DNA of 64,000 nucleotides, taken from Gemmatimonadaceae bacterium. Its GTDB lineage: Bacteria > Gemmatimonadota > Gemmatimonadetes > Gemmatimonadales > Gemmatimonadaceae. The DNA lies in contig DATLBG010000129.1 in assembly GCA_035527035.1 (NCBI GenBank), positions 6,435 through 70,434 of the forward strand, in the 5' to 3' direction. The position numbers were made by a program, and so were the translations under genes. The notes below the pieces were generated by a model. That model saw nothing but the letters and a program-made list of their open reading frames with translations. It was not told the DNA's origin and searched no databases. Below, piece by piece: positions 36,645-46,190 of the stretch (within the stretch, counting starts at the first letter, position 1; each line of letters begins with the position of its first letter).

Positions 36645-38353
36645 GGTCCGCGCAGGCCTCGCAGCCACGCGTCGAAATCAGCCAGCTCGGCGGTCGAAGG
36701 ATCGAACGTCGGGTGCGGCCCCGACGTGCGAGGCAGTATGCTCGGCTGCTCCGCCGGGGGAAGCGGCGGCGGCGCCGGCTGCGCGTCGGGAAACCCGAAC
36801 GGATCGTCGGCGGGCTGCAGCTCGGGGTCGCTATCAGGGAGCGGCACGAAGTCGGACCGCAGCCGCGAGGGCGCGCGGGAATTTCGAGCCTGGCTTCCCC
36901 GCGGGCGGGCGCCGTCCATCCGCGCGAACAGCTCCCGCACCGATCGCGGTTGGGGCAAAAACGCGGGCGGCTCCGGCGAATGTGGAAGCTCTTCTTCCAG
37001 CGGCTCGACCGCGAGCGTCGTGCTTTCCTGTGCAGCCACAAGCTCCGCTATCTCCGCTGGCTCGGCCGTCGCGTCCGTCTCCGCTGCTTCGGCTCGCTCG
37101 GCGCGTGCTGCCGCGACGGCCGCGTCGCGACGCGCGGCGATGACGGATTTGATGCTCTCGATCTTGTCGAGCAGCGGCGCGTCTTCCGGCCGTTGCTCGG
37201 AGAGCTGCAGAAGAAGCTCGAGCGCTTCGTGCGGGTAGCCCTGCTCGAGGTAGAGATCGGCCATGGTCTCGGTGACGAAGGGCGCGGCTGACTCCATCAC
37301 GCGCTCTTCCGTCTGAATCAACTCCTCTACGCTGACCGGCGCGGGCAGCGGGTGAGCCGCGACATCGACTGGCTCGACCGGTAACTCCTCCGGGATGATC
37401 TCGAAGGAGTTCTCGGGAATGAAGTCCAAGGCGGCCGCATCGTGGGCCGGAGACATCTCGGTTGGCTCCGCAGACTCGCTTGCGGCGGAGATCTCCAGAT
37501 CTCCCGCGAAGTCAGCGGATTCAGATACCGCCTCCGGCGAGATCTCTTGCTCGGATTCCAGCTGGGCTTCCTCGTCTACTACCGCTTCTACTACCGCGGC
37601 GGGCTCGGGCGCAGCAGCTGGCGCCGGGTCAAACGTTTCCTCGCTCACCCGTTCGGCCGACGTCTCCGGGGCGGGCTCCGTCACGTGCGGGTAATCCGCT
37701 CGCGTTTCCTCGTTCGCATCAACTGTGTCGGCCGTCTCGATAACGTCCGCGCTCTCAGGCACGTCCGACGGCTCAGGCGCGTACCAATCAGTTGTCGCGT
37801 CATCTTCGACCAGCGAAGTCGGTTCGAGCACTATAGCGGCGGGTTCGATCGCGGCGGCCTCGGCGCTCGGAGTGCCGGCGATCTCCGGGGCATCTACTTG
37901 AGCGGGCTCGCGGATGGCTTGCAGCGCAGCCGTCGCCGCCTCGTTGTACGGGTCCGCCTCGAGCGTGCGGGCGTACCACCGCTCCGCGCCCGGCACGTCG
38001 CCGGTGTCGCGAGCGATATCGCCGAGGTAGCGGAGCGCGACGATGTTTTCCGGATCCAGCGTGAGCGCCCTTTCCAGCGCTGTTCGCGACTCCTCGAAGT
38101 CCCCGGAGTCGTACAGCGCCTGTCCGAGGACGATGTGCCCGCTGATATGCCCGGGGATCGCGGCCAGCTGCGTCCGGCACATGTCAGCGGCGCGCTGAGG
38201 CTCGCCTCCCTTGCGGTACTCGTTCGCCAGCGACGCGAAGTAGCGGTGCGGGCTCTCCTCGAACTTTCGCTCGAGCTCGTCGAGTCTCGCCACTATCTGG
38301 GTGTCTTGGAATCCGGCACCGATGGAAGTTACCCGGATGGCGTACTCGGTCAA
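36641..38353 (-). CDS. TPR-repeat protein with a long acidic Pro/Ala/Glu-rich low-complexity middle region
   Basis: N-terminal TPR-like helices (GEPQRAADMCRTQLAAIPGHISGHIVLGQALYDSGDFEESRTALERALTLDPENIVALRYLGD), an acidic linker, and a further TPR-like segment. Confidence 0.6.
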   Translation of the reverse strand: MTEYAIRVTSIGAGFQDTQIVARLDELERKFEESPHRYFASLANEYRKGGEPQRAADMCRTQLAAIPGHISGHIVLGQALYDSGDFEESRTALERALTLDPENIVALRYLGDIARDTGDVPGAERWYARTLEADPYNEAATAALQAIREPAQVDAPEIAGTPSAEAAAIEPAAIVLEPTSLVEDDATTDWYAPEPSDVPESADVIETADTVDANEETRADYPHVTEPAPETSAERVSEETFDPAPAAAPEPAAVVEAVVDEEAQLESEQEISPEAVSESADFAGDLEISAASESAEPTEMSPAHDAAALDFIPENSFEIIPEELPVEPVDVAAHPLPAPVSVEELIQTEERVMESAAPFVTETMADLYLEQGYPHEALELLLQLSEQRPEDAPLLDKIESIKSVIAARRDAAVAAARAERAEAAETDATAEPAEIAELVAAQESTTLAVEPLEEELPHSPEPPAFLPQPRSVRELFARMDGARPRGSQARNSRAPSRLRSDFVPLPDSDPELQPADDPFGFPDAQPAPPPLPPAEQPSILPRTSGPHPTFDPSTAELADFDAWLRGLRGP

Positions 38354-38436
38354 TCAGAGCGCCGCGCGACACTTGCTCATAAGACGTTGTGCCCGATAGC
38401 TTTCGAGGCTGTTTCGCCTCTCTTTAGGAGCTAGCC

Positions 38437-40293
38437 TTGCTGCAGGGAATGCGCGCCGCCACAAAATGGGTCTGGATCTTCATCGCTGCGGCTTTCGTTG
38501 GCGGCTTCCTGCTCATGGACACCTCGGGTTTAATCGGCCGTTCGGCCGTCACCCCTACGACTCCCGTCGCCACGGTCAACGGCGAGGAGATACTCGCGAC
38601 GCGGTGGTACACGCTCATCCAGCAGCTCGAAACCGAGGAGACGCAGTCGAGCGGACGCACGCTAACGCTCGAGGAGCGCGAGCGACTCGCTGATCAGGCG
38701 TACGAGCAGCTGGTCGGAGAAGTGCTGCTTCGCCAGGAATATCGCCGACGCGGCATCAAGGTCACGAACGCTGAGATCGAGAACGCTGCCCGGTACAGCC
38801 CGCCGCCGCAGCTGATGCAGAGTCCCGAGCTCCAGACGGAAGGCCAGTTCGATCCAGTGAAGTACCAGCGCTTCCTCGCAAGCCCGCTCGCGCGGCAGCA
38901 GGGCGTGCTGCTTCAGCTCGAGCAGTACTACCGGAGCGAGATTCCCAAGCAGAAGCTTTTCGAGCAGGTGCTCGGGGACGTTTACGTCACCGACGCGCGG
39001 CTGTGGACCTTCTGGCGCGACACGCACGACTCGGCGCAGGTGACCTTCGTGAAATTCGCGCCTGAAACGGTGGCAGATTCGCGGGTCACCGTGACCGATG
39101 CGGAAATCCGCGCGTTCTTCGACAAGCATCGTGACGAATTCGACCGCCCCACGCGCGCGGTCGTTTCGGTGATGACGATCCCGAGGATTATCACCGCCGC
39201 GGACAGCGCCGCGGCTCGCGCGAAGGCCGTCGCCATCAAGCGCGAGATCGAGACGGGCGTGCGAACGTTCGAAGACGCTGCCCGGGCCGAGTCGGCCGAC
39301 ACGGTTTCCGGCTCCGATGGCGGGAATCTTGGCCGCGGCGGCCGCGACCGGTTCGTCGCGGACTTCGAGACCGCGGCCTACGGGCTCGCGCCGGGCCGCA
39401 TCTCCGACCCCGTGCTCACGCCCTTCGGCTATCACCTGATCAAGGTGGACTCCCGCAATGGCGACACCCTCTCGCTGCGCCACATTCTGCTCAACATCGC
39501 GCAGAGAGAAGAGTCGGCGGTGCTGACGGACCGCCGGGCTGATTCGCTGGCGCGCATCGCCGCGACCGCGGACGATCCTGCCAAGTTCGACGAGGCGTCG
39601 CGCACACTGAGAATTCCCGTCACGAGAGGCGTCGCGCTCGAAGGCGAGCCGCTGACGATCGGCGGACAGTACATCCCCAGCGTCGGCGCCTGGGCCACGG
39701 GCGGCGCCGAGCAAGGCGACATCAGCGACCTGTTCGACTGGGACGAGGGGTACGCCATTGCCCGCATCGATTCACTCATCGAGGGCGGCGTGCCAAAGCT
39801 CGACGCGGTCAAGGAAGATGTCCGCGCCCGGATCGCCCGCGGGAAGAAGCTCGACATCCTCGCGGCCGAAGGGCGTGCTTTCGCTGGAGCTGCGGCTTCG
39901 AGCTCGCTCGAGCAGGCCGCTGCTGCGCGCAATCTGTCAGTCACCCGGACGGACGTGTTCACACGCACGACGCCCGCCCAGGGACTCGGCCGTCTGAACG
40001 AGGCGATCGGGGCCGCGTTCGTGCTGCCGGTGGGCGCGGTCAGCGCGCCGGTCCGGACCGAGGACGCCGTGTTCGTGCTGCGCGTGGATCGGCGCACGCA
40101 GGCGGATCGCGCGGAATTCGAGAGGCAGAAGGTTGCGCTGCGCGAGCAGCAGACCAATGCCTATCGCCAGCAGCGGCTGCAGGAATTCATCGCGAACCTG
40201 CGCGACGTCGCGGACATCGACGACAACCGCCGCAACATCGCGCGCGCCCAGGCCCAGGCCGCCAATCTCCCCGCCGTCCCCCTCACGCCCTAG
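38437..40293 (+). CDS. ppiD: Periplasmic chaperone / peptidyl-prolyl isomerase (PpiD/SurA-like, parvulin domain)
   Basis: N-terminal TM anchor, a SurA_N-like region, and a parvulin motif GGNLGRGGRDRFVADFETAAYGL..G.ISDPV.TPFGYHLIKV. Confidence 0.8.
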   Translation: MLQGMRAATKWVWIFIAAAFVGGFLLMDTSGLIGRSAVTPTTPVATVNGEEILATRWYTLIQQLETEETQSSGRTLTLEERERLADQAYEQLVGEVLLRQEYRRRGIKVTNAEIENAARYSPPPQLMQSPELQTEGQFDPVKYQRFLASPLARQQGVLLQLEQYYRSEIPKQKLFEQVLGDVYVTDARLWTFWRDTHDSAQVTFVKFAPETVADSRVTVTDAEIRAFFDKHRDEFDRPTRAVVSVMTIPRIITAADSAAARAKAVAIKREIETGVRTFEDAARAESADTVSGSDGGNLGRGGRDRFVADFETAAYGLAPGRISDPVLTPFGYHLIKVDSRNGDTLSLRHILLNIAQREESAVLTDRRADSLARIAATADDPAKFDEASRTLRIPVTRGVALEGEPLTIGGQYIPSVGAWATGGAEQGDISDLFDWDEGYAIARIDSLIEGGVPKLDAVKEDVRARIARGKKLDILAAEGRAFAGAAASSSLEQAAAARNLSVTRTDVFTRTTPAQGLGRLNEAIGAAFVLPVGAVSAPVRTEDAVFVLRVDRRTQADRAEFERQKVALREQQTNAYRQQRLQEFIANLRDVADIDDNRRNIARAQAQAANLPAVPLTP

Positions 40294-40356
40294 CTCGCGC
40301 GTGCGACGTTAGCCGGCCGGGATCTCCGACAAGCCCGGCGCAGCATGGTCGCGCTA

Positions 40357-40459
40357 GGTGCGAGCCTGTGCAGGAGATCCTCTGCGCGCCCTACGCGCGC
40401 AAACAACAACGACGCGCGCTAAGACGGGCGCTTCGAGGACCCCTGCACAGGCTCGCACC
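40357..40459 (+). repeat. Nested-hairpin repeat, copy E
   Basis: ggtgcgagcctgtgcaggagatcctctgcgcgcc-CTAC-GCGCGC-aaacaacaacgac-GCGCGC-TAAGAC-gggcgcttcgaggacccctgcacaggctcgcacc. Confidence 0.85.
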
Positions 40460-40470
40460 ACATGCATTAT

Positions 40471-40572
40471 GGTCGGGCTGGGCGGGCCGGGGCTCCCGTA
40501 AGGCCCCGTCTTAGCGAGCGCAGTTTGCGAGCGTAGGGGCCGACGGGAGTCCCGCGCCCGTCCAGCCCGACC
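40471..40572 (-). repeat. Nested-hairpin repeat, copy F (inverted orientation, inner stem degenerate)
   Basis: ggtcgggctgggcgggccggggctcccgtaaggcccc-GTCTTA-GCGAGC-gcagttt-GCGAGC-GTAG-gggccgacgggagtcccgcgcccgtccagcccgacc. Confidence 0.8.
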
Positions 40573-40604
40573 GGGCGCGCGACAGCGCGCCCGAGCGGTT
40601 CGGA

Positions 40605-40871
40605 CTAGATGAGCCGTTTGGGCTCGGACGAAGACGCGTCGCGGTCGCGAGATTCGGTCGCGCGGCGGGCCTCGAGCTCGGCCTCAGTCAGGCGCGGCTT
40701 GTCGTTCATCCCGTCCTGCACGTCGCGCGTGGCGTCGTTGATGTTCTTCTTGAACTCGCGGATTCCCTTGCCCATCGAGCCCGCGATCTCGGGGATCCTC
40801 TTCGCCCCGAACAGCAGCAGGACGATGAGCATGATCAACAGGATCTCTGGCATGCCTAAGTTGCCGAACAT
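40605..40871 (-). CDS. tatA: Twin-arginine translocase subunit TatA/E
   Basis: MFGNLGMPEILLIMLIVLLLFGAKRIPEIAGSMGKGIREFKK. Confidence 0.9.
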   Translation of the reverse strand: MFGNLGMPEILLIMLIVLLLFGAKRIPEIAGSMGKGIREFKKNINDATRDVQDGMNDKPRLTEAELEARRATESRDRDASSSEPKRLI

Positions 40872-40879
40872 TTAACCCC

Positions 40880-41161
40880 CTAGAAAAGCGAGCGCGCGAT
40901 GAGGTACGCGATCAGCACCCCGACGAGACTCAGCAGAGACACGTCGAGGGCGACCGGCCCGAGCGCGAACTTCAGAATAATCAGGTCTAACGTTATCGGT
41001 CCGAACGACGGAGTCACACCCGTCGTGAAAAACTCCTTTGCCGCGCCCGCCGGCAGAAAGATGCGCGCGGCCTGCGTCAGCGCACCCCCGACGATGAACC
41101 CGATCGCGAGCGTGATTCCGTAGAAGCCGGGGCGCTTGCTCGACTGCCCTCGCGGCGCCAT
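40880..41161 (-). CDS. Small membrane protein, DUF4321-like
   Basis: 93 aa, two or three hydrophobic helices, and a pattern GITLAIGFIVGGALTQ...GPITLDLIILKF. The family assignment is from memory. Confidence 0.5.
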   Translation of the reverse strand: MAPRGQSSKRPGFYGITLAIGFIVGGALTQAARIFLPAGAAKEFFTTGVTPSFGPITLDLIILKFALGPVALDVSLLSLVGVLIAYLIARSLF

Positions 41162-42165
41162 CAGGAGTGCCGCTCCATCACGTACGCAATCGCGCTTCTA
41201 AGCGCGCTCGTCGCCTCGCTTGCCGGGAGCCGGTCAAGGGCTTCCTCGGCCTCCGCCACATATTCGTCGCCCCGCGCTCGCGCGTATTCCAATCCACCCT
41301 CCTCAGACACGATTTCCACGATCCTCGCGACCGCGGCATCCTCCGGCTCGGACGCGGCGAAAAAGGAATCCACCTCCGCCCGCGCCGGCGCGCCCATCGT
41401 GCGCAGCGCCGCGATCAGCGGCAGCGTCACTTTGTGCTCGCGCAGATCCAGCCCTGTCGGCTTGCCCGTCGTCTCCTTCTCCGCGGTGTAGTCAAGCAAG
41501 TCGTCCGCGATCTGGAACGCCATGCCCATCGCCTCGCCGAATCGCGCCAGCGCCGCCCGATGCCCGCTCGCGCCGCACAGCGCGCCCACCTCGCATGCGG
41601 CAGACATCAGCGAGGCAGTCTTCGCGCGAATGAGAAGATTGTAGTCTTCCTCTGAAAATGCGAGCGGATCGTTCAACGCGAGCTGCCGCATTTCGCCCAG
41701 CGTCATCTCGTTCGACGCTTTGGCGAGCACGCCCAGCGATTCCAGATCGCGCAAACGGACGAGCTCAAGCAGCGCCCGGGAATACAGGAAGTCCCCCATG
41801 ATCACCGAGATCTGGTGGCTGAACAACGCGTTGACCGTAGGCATGCCGCGCCGCAGCACCGAGTGATCCACCGAATCATCGTGGACGAGAGTGGCGAGAT
41901 GTATCAGCTCGACTACGGCGCCGAGCGTCGCCGCGCGGGACGTCGGAGACTCGTCCACCTGGCTCGCGAGCAGCACCAGCGTCGGACGGAACATCTTCCC
42001 CTTCATGCCGAGCAGATGGCGACTCACCTCGCCGATCAACGGCGTGTCGGTGACGACGATTCTCACCATCTCTTCGGACACCTGATCCAGCCCGGCTCGG
42101 ACCGGCATCTGGATCCTCGCGAGCGGCGGCGTGAGGGGCGACCGCGGCCGTGCGGTCGCCGTCAT
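41161..42165 (-). CDS. ispB: Polyprenyl diphosphate synthase (IspB-like, long-chain)
   Basis: First DDxxD LVHDDSVD and second FQIADDLLD aspartate-rich motifs. Confidence 0.85.
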   Translation of the reverse strand: MTATARPRSPLTPPLARIQMPVRAGLDQVSEEMVRIVVTDTPLIGEVSRHLLGMKGKMFRPTLVLLASQVDESPTSRAATLGAVVELIHLATLVHDDSVDHSVLRRGMPTVNALFSHQISVIMGDFLYSRALLELVRLRDLESLGVLAKASNEMTLGEMRQLALNDPLAFSEEDYNLLIRAKTASLMSAACEVGALCGASGHRAALARFGEAMGMAFQIADDLLDYTAEKETTGKPTGLDLREHKVTLPLIAALRTMGAPARAEVDSFFAASEPEDAAVARIVEIVSEEGGLEYARARGDEYVAEAEEALDRLPASEATSALRSAIAYVMERHS

Positions 42166-43853
42166 TTAGCCGCCTGCGTGACCGCGGTCAGCCGCTCCGC
42201 CACATCGCGAAAGCCGATGTCCACAGCGAAAACACGGTGGTAGTACGCGGCCGCATCCTGCGATTTGCCGAGCGCTTCAGCGCATACGCCGAGCAGGTAC
42301 AGGACCCCCGAGAGCTTGTCGTCGTCGAGACCGGGCTCGTTCAGCGCGCGCGTGAGCACCGTGCTCGCTACCTCGTACTGCTTCTTCTCCACGAAGCACA
42401 TTCCAAGGGCTTCGTACGTGGCAGCTTTGTGCTTCGTTCCGCGCAGCGCCTTCTGGAATTCGCCGATTGCCTCATCCACGAGTCCCATTTCCTTGAACGC
42501 GATTCCGAGATCGTAGTGCGCGGCTGAATCGTTCTCGTCGATGTTCGCGGCCACGCCTTCCTTGAAGCGCTGGAGCATCTCGCCGAAATCCGCCTGCTCG
42601 TCGATCGGGGGCGGAACGATGCCCTCGGCGATCATGCGGGTCGTCTTGGGCGCCTCTTCGGCGCGCAGCCAATCGCCCAGGTCGAGAAAATCGTCGTCGC
42701 CGCCAGGCGCGGGCGGCGCAGCCGGTTTTTCGGCGGGAGCCGCTGTCGGCATGAGGCCTGGAGGCGCCTCGGCCGGGACCGGCGCCGTCTCGGGCGCCGG
42801 CTCGAAAACCGGCTCCGCGGAGCGAGCTGCGGCGGACACAGGCGATGGCTGCGGCGGCTCGACCAGCGCGGTCGGCTCGATGTCGAGAGGAGGAGCAACC
42901 ACTTCCTCCGCACCAGCGGCTTCCGGCGCCTCGGAGAACCAGTCGTCATCGGAGGCGTCACCGTCGGTGCTCGTGTCGATCAACGGCAGATCCGCCAGCG
43001 CGCGCGCAGCCGCCTGGCGCTCTTTCGCTTCGTCGGCCGGCGGCGGCAGCTCGATCGCGGCGAACTCGAGAGGAGTCAGGGGCCGGTCCTTCTTGGCCGG
43101 CTTCTGCTCGGCAAGCGAGGTCAGCTCCAGCCCGTCCACCGGCGCCGCTTCGGCCGGCGCGGCTTCGGCTTCGGCGTTCACGTCGAGGAACACGAGCTCG
43201 TTCGTGCGGCGCCGCGTCGAGCCCGTGGAGCGCCTCGGCTCGGCCTGCGGGTTCAGCGCGCGCAGCCGCTCGATCGTAGCCGCCGCCTCGTCGTGGCGGC
43301 CCTCCGCGTCCAGCTGCTCGTGCAGCACCTGCAGCTGCTCGAAGGCCTCGGTCTTTCTGCCGGCGCGGGTGAGCTGCTCCGCGAGCATGAGCCTGACGTC
43401 GTCCTGGCTCGGGCACAGATCGGCGAATTCCTTCAGCGCGTGAAACGCCTCGTCCATCCGGCCGACCTTCTGCATCCGGCCGGCGTACTCCAGAAAGTTC
43501 TGCTTCGCGTCGCTGTTGAAGCCCTTCTGCGCGCTGATCTTCCCGAGCTTGTAGTACACGGATGCGCGGTTCGGCGCGTGGCGCAGGATCTTGTTGCAGA
43601 GGGCGATGGCGTTGTTGAAGAAGCCGCCCTCGGCGTACAGGTCCACCGCTCTTTCGTACAGCGTGACGGCCCGCTCCATGTTGCCGAGCCGCAGATACAG
43701 GTCGCCGGCGCGGTTGTACAGCGGGATGTCGGCTTCCTGCTCCTCGCCCGCTATCTCGTCGAGTATCTGCTCGTAAACGGCGAGCGCGCGATCATGCTGG
43801 CGCTTCGCTTCGAACTCGGCTGCTTTTTTCTTAAGTCGTGAGGCGTCAGCCAT
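42162..43853 (-). CDS. TPR-repeat protein with a Pro/Ala/Glu-rich central linker
   Basis: TPR-like helices at both ends (YNRAGDLYLRLGNMERAVTLYERAVDLYAEGG...; HYDLGIAFKEMGLVDEAIGEFQKAL) and low complexity in the middle. Confidence 0.6.
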   Translation of the reverse strand: MADASRLKKKAAEFEAKRQHDRALAVYEQILDEIAGEEQEADIPLYNRAGDLYLRLGNMERAVTLYERAVDLYAEGGFFNNAIALCNKILRHAPNRASVYYKLGKISAQKGFNSDAKQNFLEYAGRMQKVGRMDEAFHALKEFADLCPSQDDVRLMLAEQLTRAGRKTEAFEQLQVLHEQLDAEGRHDEAAATIERLRALNPQAEPRRSTGSTRRRTNELVFLDVNAEAEAAPAEAAPVDGLELTSLAEQKPAKKDRPLTPLEFAAIELPPPADEAKERQAAARALADLPLIDTSTDGDASDDDWFSEAPEAAGAEEVVAPPLDIEPTALVEPPQPSPVSAAARSAEPVFEPAPETAPVPAEAPPGLMPTAAPAEKPAAPPAPGGDDDFLDLGDWLRAEEAPKTTRMIAEGIVPPPIDEQADFGEMLQRFKEGVAANIDENDSAAHYDLGIAFKEMGLVDEAIGEFQKALRGTKHKAATYEALGMCFVEKKQYEVASTVLTRALNEPGLDDDKLSGVLYLLGVCAEALGKSQDAAAYYHRVFAVDIGFRDVAERLTAVTQAAK

Positions 43854-43932
43854 TTGCAGCGGGAGAGCGGGAGCGGGAAAGGAAAGGGCGTCCGGCCACA
43901 GCCGCGCTGGCGTTCATGAGGGCGCCACGGTC

Positions 43933-45201
43933 TTAACCTAGCCCTGGCTCATAGGGGTGACAAGTTTCGCCACGCGCCCACGACCCACGACAGCGACGAT
44001 CTCCGTACCAATAGGGCAACTCCCTGAAATCGTCGGCCTCGAACAGCGCGAGGTCAGCGAGGAACCCCTGGGCGATCTGTCCGGTCTCCGCCGCCAGGCC
44101 AAGCGCCGCAGCGCCGTTGACGGTCGCGGCGATAAAGACCTCGGCCGCGCTCATCCGCAGCTGGCTCACGCCGAGCGTGAGCATCAGCGGAAAATTGACG
44201 GTCGGCGATGATCCCGGGTTGAAGTCGGTCGCGAGCGCCACCGCCGCGCCCGCGTCGATAAGCGCCCGCGCAGGCGCCTGCGTGGCCTTTCCGAGGAAAA
44301 ACATGGTGCCGGGCAGAAGAGTGGCGACGGTCCCGCTGGCAGCGATCGCCGTTATCCCCGCTTCGGAGATCGCGCCCAGGTGATCGGCGGACGTCGCGCC
44401 CAGCTCGGCGGCCAGCTCGGCCCCGCCGGAGTACTCGAGCTCGTCGGCGTGGAGCTTGATGCCGAGCTTCGCCTGCTTCGCGGCCGAGAGGATCGCTCGC
44501 GATTCGTCCTTCGAAAAGACGCCCGGCTCGCAGAAAATATCGGCGAATTTCGCCAGACCGGAGTCGGCTACCGCCCGGAGCATCCCGCCAGCAACCAGGT
44601 CGAGATACTCCGCGCGCCCCGACTCGCGCTCGCGATGCTCCAGAGGGACTTCGTGAGCGCCCATCCAGGTCGGCACGACGCGCACCGGCAGCTTCGCGGC
44701 GAGCCGCTCGATCACACGCAGAGACTTGAGCTCTTCCTCCACGGAGAGGCCGTATCCGGACTTGATCTCCAGCGTCGTGGTTCCGTACGAGGCGAGCTTG
44801 CGCACGCGGGGCACCGACAGCTTGAACAGCTCGTCCTCGCTCCGGCTTCTGAGATCTCGCACGGAGGAATGGATGCCTCCGCCGCGGCGCGCGATCTCCA
44901 TGTAGCCGACGCCGCCGGCGCGAAGCTCGTGTTCGTCGGACCGGGGGCGGCCGAAGACAGCGTGAGTGTGAGAGTCCACGAGCCCGGGCGTCAGAATGCA
45001 GCCTTTGCAGTCCACCTCGGTCGCGTCGGGATGCGCCTTCGACAGCAGCCTTGCTTCCCCGATCGTGGAGATCCGCCCCCCGCTCACCAGCACTGCAACG
45101 CCGCTAAGCACCTGCGCATTACCCATTTCCGCGCCGCGGCGCGCCCGCGGCGGACCCGCGCACGTGACGACCTGCGTCGCGTTGACGAAAAGCCGCTTCA
45201 T
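43933..45201 (-). CDS. hutI: Imidazolonepropionase
   Basis: GLVDSHTHAVFG...KLHADE..., amidohydrolase motifs within a hut gene context. Confidence 0.9.
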   Translation of the reverse strand: MKRLFVNATQVVTCAGPPRARRGAEMGNAQVLSGVAVLVSGGRISTIGEARLLSKAHPDATEVDCKGCILTPGLVDSHTHAVFGRPRSDEHELRAGGVGYMEIARRGGGIHSSVRDLRSRSEDELFKLSVPRVRKLASYGTTTLEIKSGYGLSVEEELKSLRVIERLAAKLPVRVVPTWMGAHEVPLEHRERESGRAEYLDLVAGGMLRAVADSGLAKFADIFCEPGVFSKDESRAILSAAKQAKLGIKLHADELEYSGGAELAAELGATSADHLGAISEAGITAIAASGTVATLLPGTMFFLGKATQAPARALIDAGAAVALATDFNPGSSPTVNFPLMLTLGVSQLRMSAAEVFIAATVNGAAALGLAAETGQIAQGFLADLALFEADDFRELPYWYGDRRCRGSWARGETCHPYEPGLG

Positions 45202-45208
45202 GCGCGCC

Positions 45209-46180
45209 TCACGCCATTACGTCGCGCACGCGGGACAGCCGCATCGGCGCCTCCGCCTCGCCGCGACAGGCGTAGAAGCAGGCGTTGCACGCTACGGGCT
45301 CGTATTTCGTGAACTCCTTCCAGTGGAAGTCCGGCGGGAAGTCGGGGCATCGCTTCACGTGTCCCGTGGGATCGACATGAATCGTGCGGATACCGGACCG
45401 GCAGGGTTCGGTGAGCTCTCCGCGAGCGTAGCGCGGAATCGTTTCGAGATAATGGTCGGAGTTCGTGATCACCCCGCGGTGGTCGCGCTTGAACGCGAGC
45501 AGCTCGGCGGTGACCTCCTCCAGCTCCAGCACGCGGTCGCCGTCCACCAGGTGCATCCGGTTGCCGTTCTTGGAGTCGGTGTACAGGCTGAAGTTCACGC
45601 CGCATCCCAGCTGCTGCGCGCGGCGCACGATGGGCAGGAGCTGGTCGAGGTTGTCGCTCTTGATCACGGTATTGAAGCGGATGTTGTCCACTCCCTGCTC
45701 GCGAATCCCGTCAAGCGACCCGAAAATTCGCGCGACGAGGCCGGGGATTCCGCGGGCTTCGTCGTGCCTCTCGTCGAGATAGTCGAGAGAGATGTTGAAC
45801 TGGTTGATCCCCGCGTCCCATAGCGACTTCGCGCGGTGCGGCGTGAGCATGCCCCCGTGCGTGATGAGCGTGATGTACTTGAGATGAACCGCGTCCGCCA
45901 CGCCGTGGACGAGCTCCTCCAGATCCTTGCGCAGCGTAGGCTCGCCGCCGGTGAAGGTGATCACCATCGGGTTGAAGTAGCGGGCAGCGTCCGCGAAGCT
46001 CTTCAGCTCTTCCGCCTTCGCGGTCGGAGAGGTCTTCCAGTAATCACAGAAGCCGCACCGCGCGTTGCAGCGCATGGTGACTTCGAAATGGACCAGTACC
46101 GGCCGCCGCCGCACCGTCAGGTAGGCGTATTTGGCGAGAAAGAGCGGGACGTGCCAGGGCTTGAATCGCGCGGAGAGCAT
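45209..46180 (-). CDS. Radical SAM protein with a C-terminal Cys-rich (SPASM/twitch-like) region
   Basis: CNARCGFCDYW (CxxxCxxC), GGEPTL, and C-terminal CRSG...RCPD...CNACFYAC. Start set to MLSARF (46180), 10 nt after the hutU stop. Confidence 0.8.
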   Translation of the reverse strand: MLSARFKPWHVPLFLAKYAYLTVRRRPVLVHFEVTMRCNARCGFCDYWKTSPTAKAEELKSFADAARYFNPMVITFTGGEPTLRKDLEELVHGVADAVHLKYITLITHGGMLTPHRAKSLWDAGINQFNISLDYLDERHDEARGIPGLVARIFGSLDGIREQGVDNIRFNTVIKSDNLDQLLPIVRRAQQLGCGVNFSLYTDSKNGNRMHLVDGDRVLELEEVTAELLAFKRDHRGVITNSDHYLETIPRYARGELTEPCRSGIRTIHVDPTGHVKRCPDFPPDFHWKEFTKYEPVACNACFYACRGEAEAPMRLSRVRDVMA

Positions 46181-46190
46181 TGGTTTCTGC

